Shown here: one piece after another, positions 51,084-61,335 of the stretch
Layout of the letters: every line of letters starts with the position of its first letter
Numbering within the stretch: position 1 is the first letter of the stretch
From: a virus
Lineage: Duplodnaviria > Caudoviricetes
Length of the DNA stretch: 64,000 bases
IMG/VR virus record: IMGVR_UViG_3300001528_000259
Location: 64,001 to 128,000 of that record
Reading direction: 5' to 3' (one strand)
The notes under the pieces: model-generated
What the model was told of the DNA's origin: nothing
Seen by the model: the letters and a program-made list of their open reading frames with translations, nothing else
The model's database searches: none
Position numbers and translations under genes: made by a program

Positions 51084-52769
51084 TTATTTGTCAAAAAGTC
51101 TGCCATATGGGGACTTTTTATCTTCCTTCTTATTGAAGTTAAATCCAAGAACCTTTGGCTTCTTAGTGCCATCATCTTTAGCACTAAATTCACCGGTCTT
51201 AATTACATAATCAGCAAAAATTGCTTTTGCTTTATTTTCCACTTCTTCAACACTAAATTTTTCAGCGTCAGCAACAAGTGTCTTAAATGCATCATCATCG
51301 GCAAGAACAGAGTATTCAGCTCTTGCAAAGATAGTATCCTTCTTTGCCTTAAGCTCAGCAGTATCATAATTATCTTTGAATGCCTTAAGCTCGCTATACT
51401 TAGCTTCGAGAGCGGAATAATCCTCTCTCATCTTATCGATGGCAAGTTTCTCAGATTCAGTAAGAATCATCTTAAATACTTCCTGTCTATCACCACTGAG
51501 AGATACATTATCTCCTTCAACAGCATATGACTGTTTGTAAAGTTTATTGCCATCCCAATTTTCGAAGATAAAATAGTCATCGTATACATTTGAAATCCAG
51601 TACCATTCATTATCTTCTTCTTCATAAACACTAATTAAATTAAATAATGCACCACGAATATCTTCATGGCTAATTTCAAAAGTGATAGTCGCATTACCAT
51701 TATCATCAGTAGAATATGATTTTTTTGAATTGAAAGTGTCTACAGTACCATCAGAATTATCATCCGAAATTCCATCGTCATCATTATTCTCGGCTTCGTT
51801 AGTGTCATCACCATTATCACTGTCACTGGTTCCTTCACTATCATCGGCGTTATCACTATCGAATATTTCAGCAAATTTTGCCTCAAGTTCTTCATCAGAG
51901 AGCCCTTCGACTTCGAATGTTACATCTTCCTTGCTTTTACCATATTTAGATAAAAGTTCTTCAAACTTATTCATATTTTCTTTTCCTCCTTCCTCTGTGG
52001 ATTGTTTTATAGTAAAGTTGGATAATGTAATATTTAACTTATCCAAAACTTCAACTAACTTGTCTTGATATGTAAATACAGGCTCCTTGTGACAGAAATC
52101 AGAAATATCTGCTCTTGCGCCAAGCATTCCCTCACCAACCTCACGACCTTCTTCGTCACAACCCAAAAGAGTGCAACCACCAAAATAAAAATCAGTCAAA
52201 TCAAGATATTTTTCTTTGGCATTATATGCGAGTTCATTGATTACAAGTTCGCAACTTACTTTTGTTCCGTTCTTTCTACGAATAATGTCAGCGGCATCTG
52301 TATAGCCTTCCGGAATAACCGCATATGCATGCACATATGTCTTACCTTTCTCTTCGTCATACTTCAACCACGGATCGTCAGCAGTAAAACATCCGACCTG
52401 TTTCTCGATGTAAGAAATTTCAGTCTCTCCATCTTCATTTTCAACAATTTCCACATTATGAGCATAAAAATCTTTTGTGCCGTCTTTAAGCTCGTGAATA
52501 TATGCCAAAATAGGTCGATATTTCAGTGTAGGCATCGCCTTTTCCATATTCTCATCAGAAATATGCGAACCGTTTCGGTTAGTCTGCGTATGGCAAACTT
52601 TAAGTTCAAGTTTTAGCATACCTGGCATATCAGTTTCATTTGCCTCAAAGAAACCGTTTGTTGTTACTACGATAGGCTTTCCTGAATCCTTTGAACTAAA
52701 ATTGACAGATTTATTCTGTTCTACAAAAAACTTATATAAACTATCAAGTGTTAAAATTTGTTTTCCCAT
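51084..52769 (-). CDS. prohead protease / scaffold fusion (YonD-like)
   Basis: CH...NRNGS, PILA, VSCEL, F.GCTLLG; acidic linker; coiled-coil C-terminus. Confidence 0.8.
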   Translation of the reverse strand: MGKQILTLDSLYKFFVEQNKSVNFSSKDSGKPIVVTTNGFFEANETDMPGMLKLELKVCHTQTNRNGSHISDENMEKAMPTLKYRPILAYIHELKDGTKDFYAHNVEIVENEDGETEISYIEKQVGCFTADDPWLKYDEEKGKTYVHAYAVIPEGYTDAADIIRRKNGTKVSCELVINELAYNAKEKYLDLTDFYFGGCTLLGCDEEGREVGEGMLGARADISDFCHKEPVFTYQDKLVEVLDKLNITLSNFTIKQSTEEGGKENMNKFEELLSKYGKSKEDVTFEVEGLSDEELEAKFAEIFDSDNADDSEGTSDSDNGDDTNEAENNDDDGISDDNSDGTVDTFNSKKSYSTDDNGNATITFEISHEDIRGALFNLISVYEEEDNEWYWISNVYDDYFIFENWDGNKLYKQSYAVEGDNVSLSGDRQEVFKMILTESEKLAIDKMREDYSALEAKYSELKAFKDNYDTAELKAKKDTIFARAEYSVLADDDAFKTLVADAEKFSVEEVENKAKAIFADYVIKTGEFSAKDDGTKKPKVLGFNFNKKEDKKSPYGRLFDK

Positions 52770-52819
52770 TTATTTTGTCCTCCTTTCTTTAGATTTATAT
52801 ATGCAACTCCGAAAGGAGA

Positions 52820-52999
52820 TTACAAGCTTAGCATGTTATCATACACAATTTGTTTCTTGTCTACAACATCAAAATTTAGCTTCTTACTTTCATTTAAAAA
52901 AGTATATACTTGTCCAATATGGGAAATAAGGCGAAATCCCTCAGCAAGCAATTTTGTTGCCGTAGACTCATCTGTTGTTTTTATAAATTTCTTTTCCAT
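52820..52999 (-). CDS. 59-aa protein missing from the ORF track (MEKKFIKTTDESTATKLLAEGFRLI...MLSL)
   Basis: Translated by hand; RBS AAGGAGG; fills the portal-protease gap. Confidence 0.7.
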   Translation of the reverse strand: MEKKFIKTTDESTATKLLAEGFRLISHIGQVYTFLNESKKLNFDVVDKKQIVYDNMLSL

Positions 53000-53048
53000 T
53001 GGAGAATGCCTCCTTTAATCATTTTGTTAGATTAAAATTTTAATCATA

Positions 53049-54572
53049 TTAACCCACGGCGTCTCTCTTATCCCGCGACGCTTCTCCATCGTCTGTAAGT
53101 TTTTTTCCTGTTTCTTCAGCAGTTGGCGCTCCGCCAGCATCAGACGAATTACTTTGAGTATGCGAACTAACAAGAGGATGTATAAACTTCGTAGTTGACA
53201 GACCAAGTTTTGTTTCAATAAAATCTGCGGCAATAGATTCAAGAGGGTTATAACCAAGTAATGTCATATATTCCAATTTTACTGGCATTCCTGCGTTTGC
53301 AGCCTTTTCTACCTGTGAAATTCTATCTTCTTTTGTGTACGTAGTTACGTCGATAAAACTAATATATGCTTTAGAATTAGGGTATTCCATTAAAATGCGC
53401 TCGTTAACAAACGCAGTTATCTGTGGTAGAATACCTTTCGACGCCATCATAGAGTCGGCTAGCATACTCATCTTGACAGATGTACTTCCAGTAAGTCTAC
53501 TGCTATCAAACACCTGAGAGATTCCAGTTTCTTCCATTACATTCTGATAAGCATCAGATATAGCATTTGTATCAGATGTTGCGTTCTTATCAAACGATAC
53601 GCTATCAACTTTCATTCCTGGGGATAAAATTAGCCCAACCTCTTCTGGTAGAGTTTCAAGTGCTTTCTGATAAAATTTCATCGCAGTTGTCAACGACAAT
53701 GCAAAATCATCGGGGCTCTTTGAATCTAGCGTTGGTATCGTCATAACTAACAACTTATAAATATCAAGTGAATCCTTAACATTCATAAGAGCCTGTAAAT
53801 CCACAAGATCTATCAATGCCTCAAATAAAGACGAAAATGGGCTTAATATTAAATCCATATCACTCATATCTATCTTAAACGCTCTCGCCGTATCAAGTTC
53901 CTGCCAACGTAGTGAGCTATCGCTACTATATGAGTTGAATTTTTTCTTGTACTCAGGATCCCATACGTCAAGATAAAATGAATTAACCCCGTTAAAATAC
54001 GTAAAATCAAAAGCAACATGCAATAAATTATTATAACCAACGGAGCTAATCTTACAATACTGCGAATCCAACGGCATCAATAACATTGTCCCGTCATCGT
54101 CTTGATAAGGTTGGAAATAAACAATCCCTTCTCGCCACGCAATAACCAACAATTTAAACATATTCATTTCAAGGTTCATCTTGCGCACAAATCTGCACGC
54201 ATCCTCATAGTCTTGTAAAAGCGCCTCCTCATCATTGTCTTCGACAAGACTAAAATCTAAATTCACCTTATATGCACTAAAGTCAGGAAGGCTTGCAAAA
54301 TAGTTTATAATTCTACGCAGCGGGAATGACAATGTATATAGAAATTTAGCAAGGTTTCTAAGTGAATTTTGAGAGTTTGTAGAATACGGGTTCTGTAAAT
54401 AGGAACGTAGATTATCCTTACTGAATACGGTCCAAGTTTTTGTAGTACTAGACGTTAGGTCTACAAGCCGAAGTATGTCGTCAACCGCTTTTGCGTATTG
54501 TTTCATGTTCTCAAGTTTTTCTGTAAACTGAAGATTTTCTTTTTGTTCTTTTGTAAGGTTTGTTTCTGCCAT
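53049..54572 (-). CDS. portal protein
   Basis: After terminase; LR....FLY....R.I.Y, L...YCKI, FDF.YF and PL.SSHTQS motifs. Confidence 0.85.
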   Translation of the reverse strand: MAETNLTKEQKENLQFTEKLENMKQYAKAVDDILRLVDLTSSTTKTWTVFSKDNLRSYLQNPYSTNSQNSLRNLAKFLYTLSFPLRRIINYFASLPDFSAYKVNLDFSLVEDNDEEALLQDYEDACRFVRKMNLEMNMFKLLVIAWREGIVYFQPYQDDDGTMLLMPLDSQYCKISSVGYNNLLHVAFDFTYFNGVNSFYLDVWDPEYKKKFNSYSSDSSLRWQELDTARAFKIDMSDMDLILSPFSSLFEALIDLVDLQALMNVKDSLDIYKLLVMTIPTLDSKSPDDFALSLTTAMKFYQKALETLPEEVGLILSPGMKVDSVSFDKNATSDTNAISDAYQNVMEETGISQVFDSSRLTGSTSVKMSMLADSMMASKGILPQITAFVNERILMEYPNSKAYISFIDVTTYTKEDRISQVEKAANAGMPVKLEYMTLLGYNPLESIAADFIETKLGLSTTKFIHPLVSSHTQSNSSDAGGAPTAEETGKKLTDDGEASRDKRDAVG

Positions 54573-54591
54573 TTATGTCACCTTCCTTTCT

Positions 54592-56631
54592 TTAGTTAAA
54601 ATATGAATGTACCGATTTTGGACGGCGGATTTCGAAAAATTTATCTAAATCTTCTATTGGCTTTCTTGTTATTAATGGTTCCCTTCTTAAATACTGCAAG
54701 AAATGACATGCCATAACGAATACATAACTTCGGTCGTCATTTAATTTATTTGCAACAGATGGAGCCAAATCAAATCTGTCCCCACCATTAGATTGTTTGA
54801 ATCTATAAATATTAACTAACTCGGTCTTAAGCGCATCAATTTGCTTAAGTGCAATTTCTTCATCATAGTCTAAATTATGCTTCTCTCGTATAATATCAAT
54901 GCCCCGTTTAGCCAATTCTTTGTATTCTTTTTCTGTTGGGTCTTGATATCTAATAGTTTTTTCCCCAGTTTTAGTATCAACTTCATACATTAAAGTAATA
55001 TAACCACGATTATCATACTCAGCTGGAAATTCAACCAAATTTAAACTTATCATTTCAATAGCAGCACGATACATTTCAACTTTATATTTTGTTGGCTGAA
55101 CCAACATTAATTTATCCTTAATAGCATTCGGATATAACCGTGGAGCTTCGGGACTATATTCTGCATCTACTAAACCACGATGAATATTACCGTTATTGTC
55201 TGCCCAATCTTCCCATAAAAAATCACTTGTTTGGACACCAGCACCACCACTACCTGCGTCAATTCCAATACGCAAAATATTTTCATAATCAGCATACCCG
55301 TCGCCGTTATAAGTTAATATTAAACTCTTCAACTCTTTAATTTGATTTGGCGTAGTCATTGGCGTCTTATTGCGTTTTTCGACATCAATAAGATTAACAA
55401 CATTTTGAATTTTCATTTTCCATCCTTGAACGGGATCTTGGTAATATTCTGCACATAAGATAACAGAATTATCCTTGCTTCTTGCTGGATCGTAAAACAA
55501 TCCCCATTTACTTCCATTGTCGTTTCTTAACTTAGGCAACCTTGGAACAGAATTTCTAATAATGTCAGCTCTCTTTATAATCTGACCGTCACCGCCTTCA
55601 GAAGTGAAAATGTTCTTGTATTCACGAAGAGCCGCCTCTTTATCTTCACGCATAGCTTGGTCAACCTTTTCTTGCGTCAACAATGGAACTGGCCATAATT
55701 TATTGTGCACTGTAGCATTGATAATCACATCACAAGAAATATCTGCACAAAAATACCGCTTATCACCTGCAAACATTCTAAGCGAAAATTCTTTATACTT
55801 CTTAAAAAAATATTGGTCTGTACGACCAGCAGAAGAACAATATAATAATTGATTGGGAAATGGGGTGGGTTCTGCCAACACGTCTTCTGCATTATAATCT
55901 TTACCCATCTTAAACTCTGAATTTTGAGTAGTAAAAGGCTCAGATGTATGGAATAATTCATCTGGAGAATTCATTGCTTCATCATAAACGTTTAAATTAG
56001 AACGTTTAGATCTATTATTATCAAACGCACCATTAAGTGTAAAACACTGGCTTCCACCATAAGTTCTTACAGTATATGACGCGGGATTGTGAATCCATCC
56101 AGTTGAATTGGCTTGTGATTTTACAACATTACTTTGAAAAATATCGTTTAAGTTTGTAAATGACGCAATATTTTTCATTGCAAACTGTTCCATCTTAGTA
56201 AATAACTCAATTGATTGAGATCCAACCGCAGCTAAAATGTATGCCTTAAATCCAGGAATTAAAAGCATTTTCGCCATAATAAATAAAGCCGCAAGTAAAG
56301 ATTTTCCTCCATTACGGCTCATGGCCCATGCGACAAATGGCTTATTCCATGAACTATCAATAAGATATCTCTGATAGTCCATCAATTGAACATTGAAAAC
56401 TTCCTCTATAAATCTAGAAGGATTCCGTCTACCCCATTGCAAGAACTCTGCCAAATCCGTCTTTTCTCTATATTTCTTTGTTGTCATATCATAAAGGTTT
56501 GGTTTAACAAAAATTCCACCTTCACAAAAAACATCTCCAAGTTCTTCACATAATTCTTTAAAGCCATCAAAACAATCTTCTATGCAAGTCTCTAATATCT
56601 GGCGTTCGGTTAAGATAGTATCATTCACCAT
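54592..56631 (-). CDS. terL: terminase large subunit
   Basis: Walker A SRNGGKS, Walker B VYDEA, CSSA coupling motif, RuvC-like DPARSKD and DDR. Confidence 0.92.
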   Translation of the reverse strand: MVNDTILTERQILETCIEDCFDGFKELCEELGDVFCEGGIFVKPNLYDMTTKKYREKTDLAEFLQWGRRNPSRFIEEVFNVQLMDYQRYLIDSSWNKPFVAWAMSRNGGKSLLAALFIMAKMLLIPGFKAYILAAVGSQSIELFTKMEQFAMKNIASFTNLNDIFQSNVVKSQANSTGWIHNPASYTVRTYGGSQCFTLNGAFDNNRSKRSNLNVYDEAMNSPDELFHTSEPFTTQNSEFKMGKDYNAEDVLAEPTPFPNQLLYCSSAGRTDQYFFKKYKEFSLRMFAGDKRYFCADISCDVIINATVHNKLWPVPLLTQEKVDQAMREDKEAALREYKNIFTSEGGDGQIIKRADIIRNSVPRLPKLRNDNGSKWGLFYDPARSKDNSVILCAEYYQDPVQGWKMKIQNVVNLIDVEKRNKTPMTTPNQIKELKSLILTYNGDGYADYENILRIGIDAGSGGAGVQTSDFLWEDWADNNGNIHRGLVDAEYSPEAPRLYPNAIKDKLMLVQPTKYKVEMYRAAIEMISLNLVEFPAEYDNRGYITLMYEVDTKTGEKTIRYQDPTEKEYKELAKRGIDIIREKHNLDYDEEIALKQIDALKTELVNIYRFKQSNGGDRFDLAPSVANKLNDDRSYVFVMACHFLQYLRREPLITRKPIEDLDKFFEIRRPKSVHSYFN

Positions 56632-57805
56632 CAATCACCTGCCCAAACTCATCAATAAATCCTTTTTCTCTTAAGAATTCCTTCAAATCTTTATTTTCAA
56701 CAAGCAAAACTCTTGCTCTCTCAACAGCTTTATCTCTTTGCTTTTGCAAATCATCAACAAGTTCTCTTCTAATGTTATTAATTTCAGACATTACATTTTC
56801 ATCGAATCCAATCTGATCCACTTGTGCTTTTGCACTAATTTCCGCAACTTGTTGCATTCCTTTGCAATAATCAATATCATACATATTAATCTTAGCATTT
56901 CTAAAACCGATAAGATCTAATTCTTTCATTTTACCTGTAAGAGTATTTTGACCCTTGCTTTTGTTGTTATTAAAATTAACACTAATCCCATTATCTTTAG
57001 CAAGAGCATTAGCTCCGCTAAGTAATTTTGATATTGTATCTGCGTGTTGCTTAATAGTACCATTATTACTATTTAACTTTTGAGTATCTGCAGATAACTC
57101 ATTAATCGCATCATTAAGTTTCTGTATTTGATTAAATGCTTGCACTATCTGAATAACAGCATTCATTTTCATGCCATCATTCTTCGTCTCTTCATCGATA
57201 AAACTAATCAACTGAGCATACAACACAGGCAAATCTTGTTCAACTGGATAATTTGCAAATGGATCATATCCAATAAGACGAATAATATCTTTTTTATTAG
57301 TTTTGTATTCATCTAAAACCTCTGGAGTTAATGTTCTTTCAACGTCTTCTTCACTAATTTTAGTAGACCCTTCTTTAAACAAGTCCCCATCTCTCCACCG
57401 CATTCCATTGTACTGCGGTAACCTAACGTTTTTAATATACGCCGACCAAACATTAGTCTTTGGCTGCTTTAAACTCGGATCGTGTACCTCATTATACGAG
57501 CTTTCCCAAAGTTGTTCCAAGTACGGAGAATCAATTCTTTCCAATGCCTCACACAGCGAAGCCTTGGTAACTTCACCATACTGCCCCCTTTGCTCACTAT
57601 AATTTCGAGCAATTTTCTCGATACACAACTTGCAAAAAGGAGTAACTCCGACACTATTAAATGGGTCTGTTGATGTATAAAACAATGTTTTCTTTTTCTT
57701 TTCGCCGCAACAGTAGCAAAGATATTCTTCTTTATTTTCTACCGTTTTTTGAGCGGTAGTCGCCATTGATTTCTTAGACGCAGATTTTCCCATCGCACGA
57801 GGCAT
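56621..57805 (-). CDS. putative terminase small subunit (YonG-like, Zn finger)
   Basis: CYCCG..FY.S..CKLC; overlaps terL start. Confidence 0.6.
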   Translation of the reverse strand: MPRAMGKSASKKSMATTAQKTVENKEEYLCYCCGEKKKKTLFYTSTDPFNSVGVTPFCKLCIEKIARNYSEQRGQYGEVTKASLCEALERIDSPYLEQLWESSYNEVHDPSLKQPKTNVWSAYIKNVRLPQYNGMRWRDGDLFKEGSTKISEEDVERTLTPEVLDEYKTNKKDIIRLIGYDPFANYPVEQDLPVLYAQLISFIDEETKNDGMKMNAVIQIVQAFNQIQKLNDAINELSADTQKLNSNNGTIKQHADTISKLLSGANALAKDNGISVNFNNNKSKGQNTLTGKMKELDLIGFRNAKINMYDIDYCKGMQQVAEISAKAQVDQIGFDENVMSEINNIRRELVDDLQKQRDKAVERARVLLVENKDLKEFLREKGFIDEFGQVIDGE

Positions 57806-57840
57806 CACGATCACTCCTTCCTGTAGATTTATAAAAGCAA

Positions 57841-58155
57841 TTAATCAAGATCCGCTTCGGGCTTTTCGACTTCTGCCTCTCTTTTGGCTTTAGCTTCTTC
57901 AACAAGCTGAGCGTAATCTGCCTGAAAGGTAGAAGTATTTAAAAATACGGGCACACTTCTATCGGGTTCAATGGCACCATCAGAATTTCTATATGGCTTA
58001 TAATCAATTATCATATTCATATGACAACCACAATTTTCTTCTATAGGTTTACCACACACAGGGCAAAACTTAATTTCCTCATTCATTTTTAGGAGTTTTC
58101 TTGTGATCTTAGGTTCAAAAACCAATTGACTCTTTTTTGTTTTAGTTTCTTTCAT
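57841..58155 (-). CDS. hypothetical protein with CxxC
   Basis: 104-aa ORF in operon. Confidence 0.5.
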   Translation of the reverse strand: MKETKTKKSQLVFEPKITRKLLKMNEEIKFCPVCGKPIEENCGCHMNMIIDYKPYRNSDGAIEPDRSVPVFLNTSTFQADYAQLVEEAKAKREAEVEKPEADLD

Positions 58156-58179
58156 AAAATTCTATTCTCTCTTTCTAAA

Positions 58180-58929
58180 TCATTTTGTATTGTTAATTCC
58201 ATACTGTCCATATAAGTATTTCTGCGGAGCAAATTCTCCGAAGTACTTAACTTCGGCTTCAAGTCTAGCACGAATAGCATCATCTTTATCTGCAAACCTT
58301 CCTATTGTAATACCTTTTTTGTTTACCTTGATCTGCACCATCCACTTATTCGTTTGTTTGTCCCAATATACTCCAGTAACACCAGATTTATTACTGGAAT
58401 ATGTAGACCTATTTCGGCTATTTTCCATTGAAGTCGCTTTTCTTAAATTATTTTTACGATTATTTAACTCATTGCGGTCTATGTGATCATAATATTTAAA
58501 TCCTAAATATCCATGCATAGTAACAGTTTTTCTATTTTCTGGATTATAGCCAAATAATATTTTCATATTATGTTTAATACGCACTCTCCAATAAATATGT
58601 TTAATTTTTTCATAATCATCCAAATCAACATAAAATAAATCATCAGTATTTCCACTAATGCCTATAACATAATCTTCCATAAAAATATATTGATTGTATT
58701 TCTTAAATCTTTTATGTGTATCTTCTTGTTTTACGCATCCACAAGAAGGACACCTATCTGACTTAAGAGCAGAGTCTCTTCTAATTACCTTATTGTGCTT
58801 TTCACAGCTACATTCGCATAGCCACCGAGCATAATGCACTCCATCTCTATCTACATAATCTTCTGCCTGCTCGATGACTTTTAATCTGCCAAAGACTCTT
58901 CCAGTCAAATCTTCTCTAACTTTCACCAT
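58180..58929 (-). CDS. free-standing HNH homing endonuclease with AP2 domain
   Basis: DLTG..FGRL.V, WLC.CSC, SCGC, DHIDRN.LNNRK.NLR, SGVTGV.W..W.V.I..IG.F. Confidence 0.85.
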   Translation of the reverse strand: MVKVREDLTGRVFGRLKVIEQAEDYVDRDGVHYARWLCECSCEKHNKVIRRDSALKSDRCPSCGCVKQEDTHKRFKKYNQYIFMEDYVIGISGNTDDLFYVDLDDYEKIKHIYWRVRIKHNMKILFGYNPENRKTVTMHGYLGFKYYDHIDRNELNNRKNNLRKATSMENSRNRSTYSSNKSGVTGVYWDKQTNKWMVQIKVNKKGITIGRFADKDDAIRARLEAEVKYFGEFAPQKYLYGQYGINNTK

Positions 58930-58967
58930 AATAATTACCTCCAAAAATTTACTCAAATAAATATTTT

Positions 58968-59141
58968 TTATTTTTTATGTTGAGACCACTGAGTTAATAG
59001 TTCGTCTAACTTATCAGTTCTAAAATAAACCCAAAACATATTTTTACTGTTTGGGTTCAATGCACATAGTTCATATTTTACTCCGTGCTTGTATAAAAAA
59101 TCACGAAGATCTACGCTATAACAGCAATATAAACATCTCAT
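58968..59141 (-). CDS. small conserved phage protein
   Basis: CYS..L..FL...G..Y......P.....FWVY....L...L..W; RBS GGAG. Confidence 0.55.
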   Translation of the reverse strand: MRCLYCCYSVDLRDFLYKHGVKYELCALNPNSKNMFWVYFRTDKLDELLTQWSQHKK

Positions 59142-59178
59142 ATTCTTTTCTCCAATTCTTTTAATTGCTTTATATTTT

Positions 59179-60408
59179 TTACAGTTTAATTTTATATTCA
59201 AGGGTCACGCCCTTATTTTCCTCAATGCAGAACAATACAGCACCTGGGTTAGAAGTCTTGTTCAGACTCATAGAATAATCATCAACGCCAATAATACTCG
59301 GCACATTAATAACATCCTTGTTTACGCCAACGGTCTCTGCCTTATAATGATGCATGTGTCCTCCAAGTAGCACCTGAATATTGGTATTATATGTATTCGA
59401 GAAATCCTTAATAGCGTTCTCCATATTACGAACCTCGCCATGTATGCCAAGCACATTAAGACCTTCGATGTTATCAAAAATTAACCCCGTAGGATTAACA
59501 ATCATCTCAAAGTTGGGGTTATTTTCAAGATATGCCCTAATCATTTCTCTTACAAACATACCCGTATTTTCTTCCTTAAAAGTGCCTTTAGGCTGACCCA
59601 ACATACGGAGCTCCGAATGGTTGCCGTACACCATCTGATACTCAACCTTGATATACTTTGATAGTTCATTGAGCCAATTAGCAATAAAATTCGCATACTT
59701 GACAGTACTTTCAACAACACCATATCTCAATTTCATTAACTGGCCACATCTGAGTATTCCATCTGTAAAGTCACCGAGTGCGAACACATAAAGTGTAGTT
59801 AGACTTTCCTTCTGCACAATATCAATTACTTTATAAAACAAATCCCACATTCTCTGCTCAAAAATCTCAGGACTATATGAATTAATAATCTCACCATAAA
59901 GACCGTAGATGGTAAACTCGGCAGAGTAGTGCTCATCGCCAAAAGCCAATACTGCGCTGCGACTTGGTTTATTTACAACAATTGGTTCTGGGATGTCTAA
60001 TGCGCGAGCAGACTTAATCTCATTACAAATCTTTTCACAAATAAGTTCATCTCTTGCTTCCTCGCGAAGCCACTTATTATACTCAAGCTTTTCTGTCTGA
60101 ATCTGAGTCTTAAGTTTTTGCAGCTCTCTCTTCTGATCCACATAGTCACTCGCTTGTTGTGTTGTGAACTGTTCTTTACTGAACAACTGCTCATAAGCAT
60201 CAAGGTAATTCCTATATTTTTTGCGGTACGCCGAAGCATCAAAAAAACATGTTTCATCTTCGCGGTATGCATTATTAAATTCTGTGGCTATCTCTGGCCA
60301 AGTCAAATCACCCAGTATTCCAGAATCTTTTGCCTGACCAACAGCCCACAGCGCTTCATATTCTGTCTTACCATCAATCATTTGTCTAACTTTTAAAATA
60401 TCATTCAT
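59179..60408 (-). CDS. calcineurin-like metallophosphoesterase (YonJ-like)
   Basis: GDEH, LGD..DG, GNHSE, IHGE, GH.HH. Confidence 0.85.
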   Translation of the reverse strand: MNDILKVRQMIDGKTEYEALWAVGQAKDSGILGDLTWPEIATEFNNAYREDETCFFDASAYRKKYRNYLDAYEQLFSKEQFTTQQASDYVDQKRELQKLKTQIQTEKLEYNKWLREEARDELICEKICNEIKSARALDIPEPIVVNKPSRSAVLAFGDEHYSAEFTIYGLYGEIINSYSPEIFEQRMWDLFYKVIDIVQKESLTTLYVFALGDFTDGILRCGQLMKLRYGVVESTVKYANFIANWLNELSKYIKVEYQMVYGNHSELRMLGQPKGTFKEENTGMFVREMIRAYLENNPNFEMIVNPTGLIFDNIEGLNVLGIHGEVRNMENAIKDFSNTYNTNIQVLLGGHMHHYKAETVGVNKDVINVPSIIGVDDYSMSLNKTSNPGAVLFCIEENKGVTLEYKIKL

Positions 60409-60448
60409 AATCTTCTATCCTTTCTTCTAAAATACAAAAAGAACGGTA

Positions 60449-60769
60449 TTAACCGTCCTTCTGATCATTATATGCAGCTTCTAATTTTAATCTAAAGTCC
60501 TGGCTAAATTTAGCAAATGGCTTCGGACTTTCTGCCACTACAATCGGCTCCTGTGTGCGAGGATCTACTCTATCTCTTTGCGGGTTCTTTTTGCAACCTA
60601 ATTTAATTCCAGTGGTAATCTGAATTTTAACATCATCTTCAAGCGTTGCTTTACACATTTCCTCAAATACAACATCGTCAAGACACTGCAAAAGACTCCT
60701 CACGTCTTTCATATAATATCCGCTACGCTCTGACAATTTTTTTACAAGCTCTTCTCTCGTTATCGTCAT
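60449..60769 (-). CDS. HU/IHF-family DNA-binding protein
   Basis: T.EELVK.LSE.SG..R.....PRT.E.I......P..KFS; true start 60769 because the upstream extension overlaps a tRNA. Confidence 0.85.
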   Translation of the reverse strand: MTITREELVKKLSERSGYYMKDVRSLLQCLDDVVFEEMCKATLEDDVKIQITTGIKLGCKKNPQRDRVDPRTQEPIVVAESPKPFAKFSQDFRLKLEAAYNDQKDG

Positions 60770-60817
60770 TGTTTTATTTCTCCTTTTTCTTTTTATGTAA
60801 ATTTGTATAATTAATAA

Positions 60818-60893
60818 TGGTGATTCGCGAGGGATTCCAACCCCCATCTTTCGGTTTCGAAGACCGACATCATATGCCTTAGACCAGCGAACC
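60818..60893 (-). tRNA. tRNA-Arg(UCG) with encoded CCA
   Basis: Acceptor GGTTCGC/GCGAATC, anticodon stem TCGGT/ACCGA, loop CTTCGAA, ends ACCA; atypical C19/G56. Confidence 0.85.
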
Positions 60894-61012
60894 ATATTAA
60901 GGGCTCTGCTCCCATAGGAAATTATGTGCACCTAACTGTGTTTTCTACAAAATAGCAGTAAAAGTAATGAACTGAACCGCACAAACGTAGACATAACCAA
61001 CAGAGCCTATGT

Positions 61013-61087
61013 TGGAGCTGGCGGAGAATTACGATATCTCAACCTGCACATTACAAGTGTGCCGCTCTACCGTTGAGCTACGCCAGC
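61013..61087 (-). tRNA. tRNA-Thr(UGU) with encoded CCA
   Basis: Acceptor GCTGGCG/CGCCAGC, D stem GCTC/GAGC, anticodon loop CTTGTAA, ends TCCA; atypical T-loop ATCGTAA. Confidence 0.85.
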
Positions 61088-61129
61088 ATATAAGCGGTGT
61101 TTATCGCGCACACCGCAAAGCGTATATAT

Positions 61130-61321
61130 TTATTCTCTAATTGTTGCTAAACCATCTATATCACAACTGATAGTCAAAGTAACTTCGCGCCCATCAAAAT
61201 CAGGCACAAGTTTATCAAACGGAACATCGCCTATATCTTCGATAGACACGATGATTCTGCCGTCTGGTTCAATATTTAACACACCTTTAATTGTAATGTT
61301 ACTATTAATTTTAATACTCAT
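61130..61321 (-). CDS. YonK-like small protein
   Basis: 63 aa; I.IKG....FDG.EV..TI pattern and position resemble SPbeta YonK. Confidence 0.6.
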   Translation of the reverse strand: MSIKINSNITIKGVLNIEPDGRIIVSIEDIGDVPFDKLVPDFDGREVTLTISCDIDGLATIRE

Positions 61322-61335
61322 ACGAACGCCTCAAC

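Noticed and set aside
54592-56631. Intein or intron in terminase
   Set aside because: Motifs are contiguous at normal length; no intein terminal motifs
60770-60931. N-terminal extension of the HU ORF
   Set aside because: Overlaps tRNA-Arg; the RBS and HU similarity begin at 60769
60770-61012. Theta/HDV-like ribozymes at tRNA 3' ends
   Set aside because: Could not build the nested P1/P2/P3/P1.1 topology; both tRNAs encode CCA
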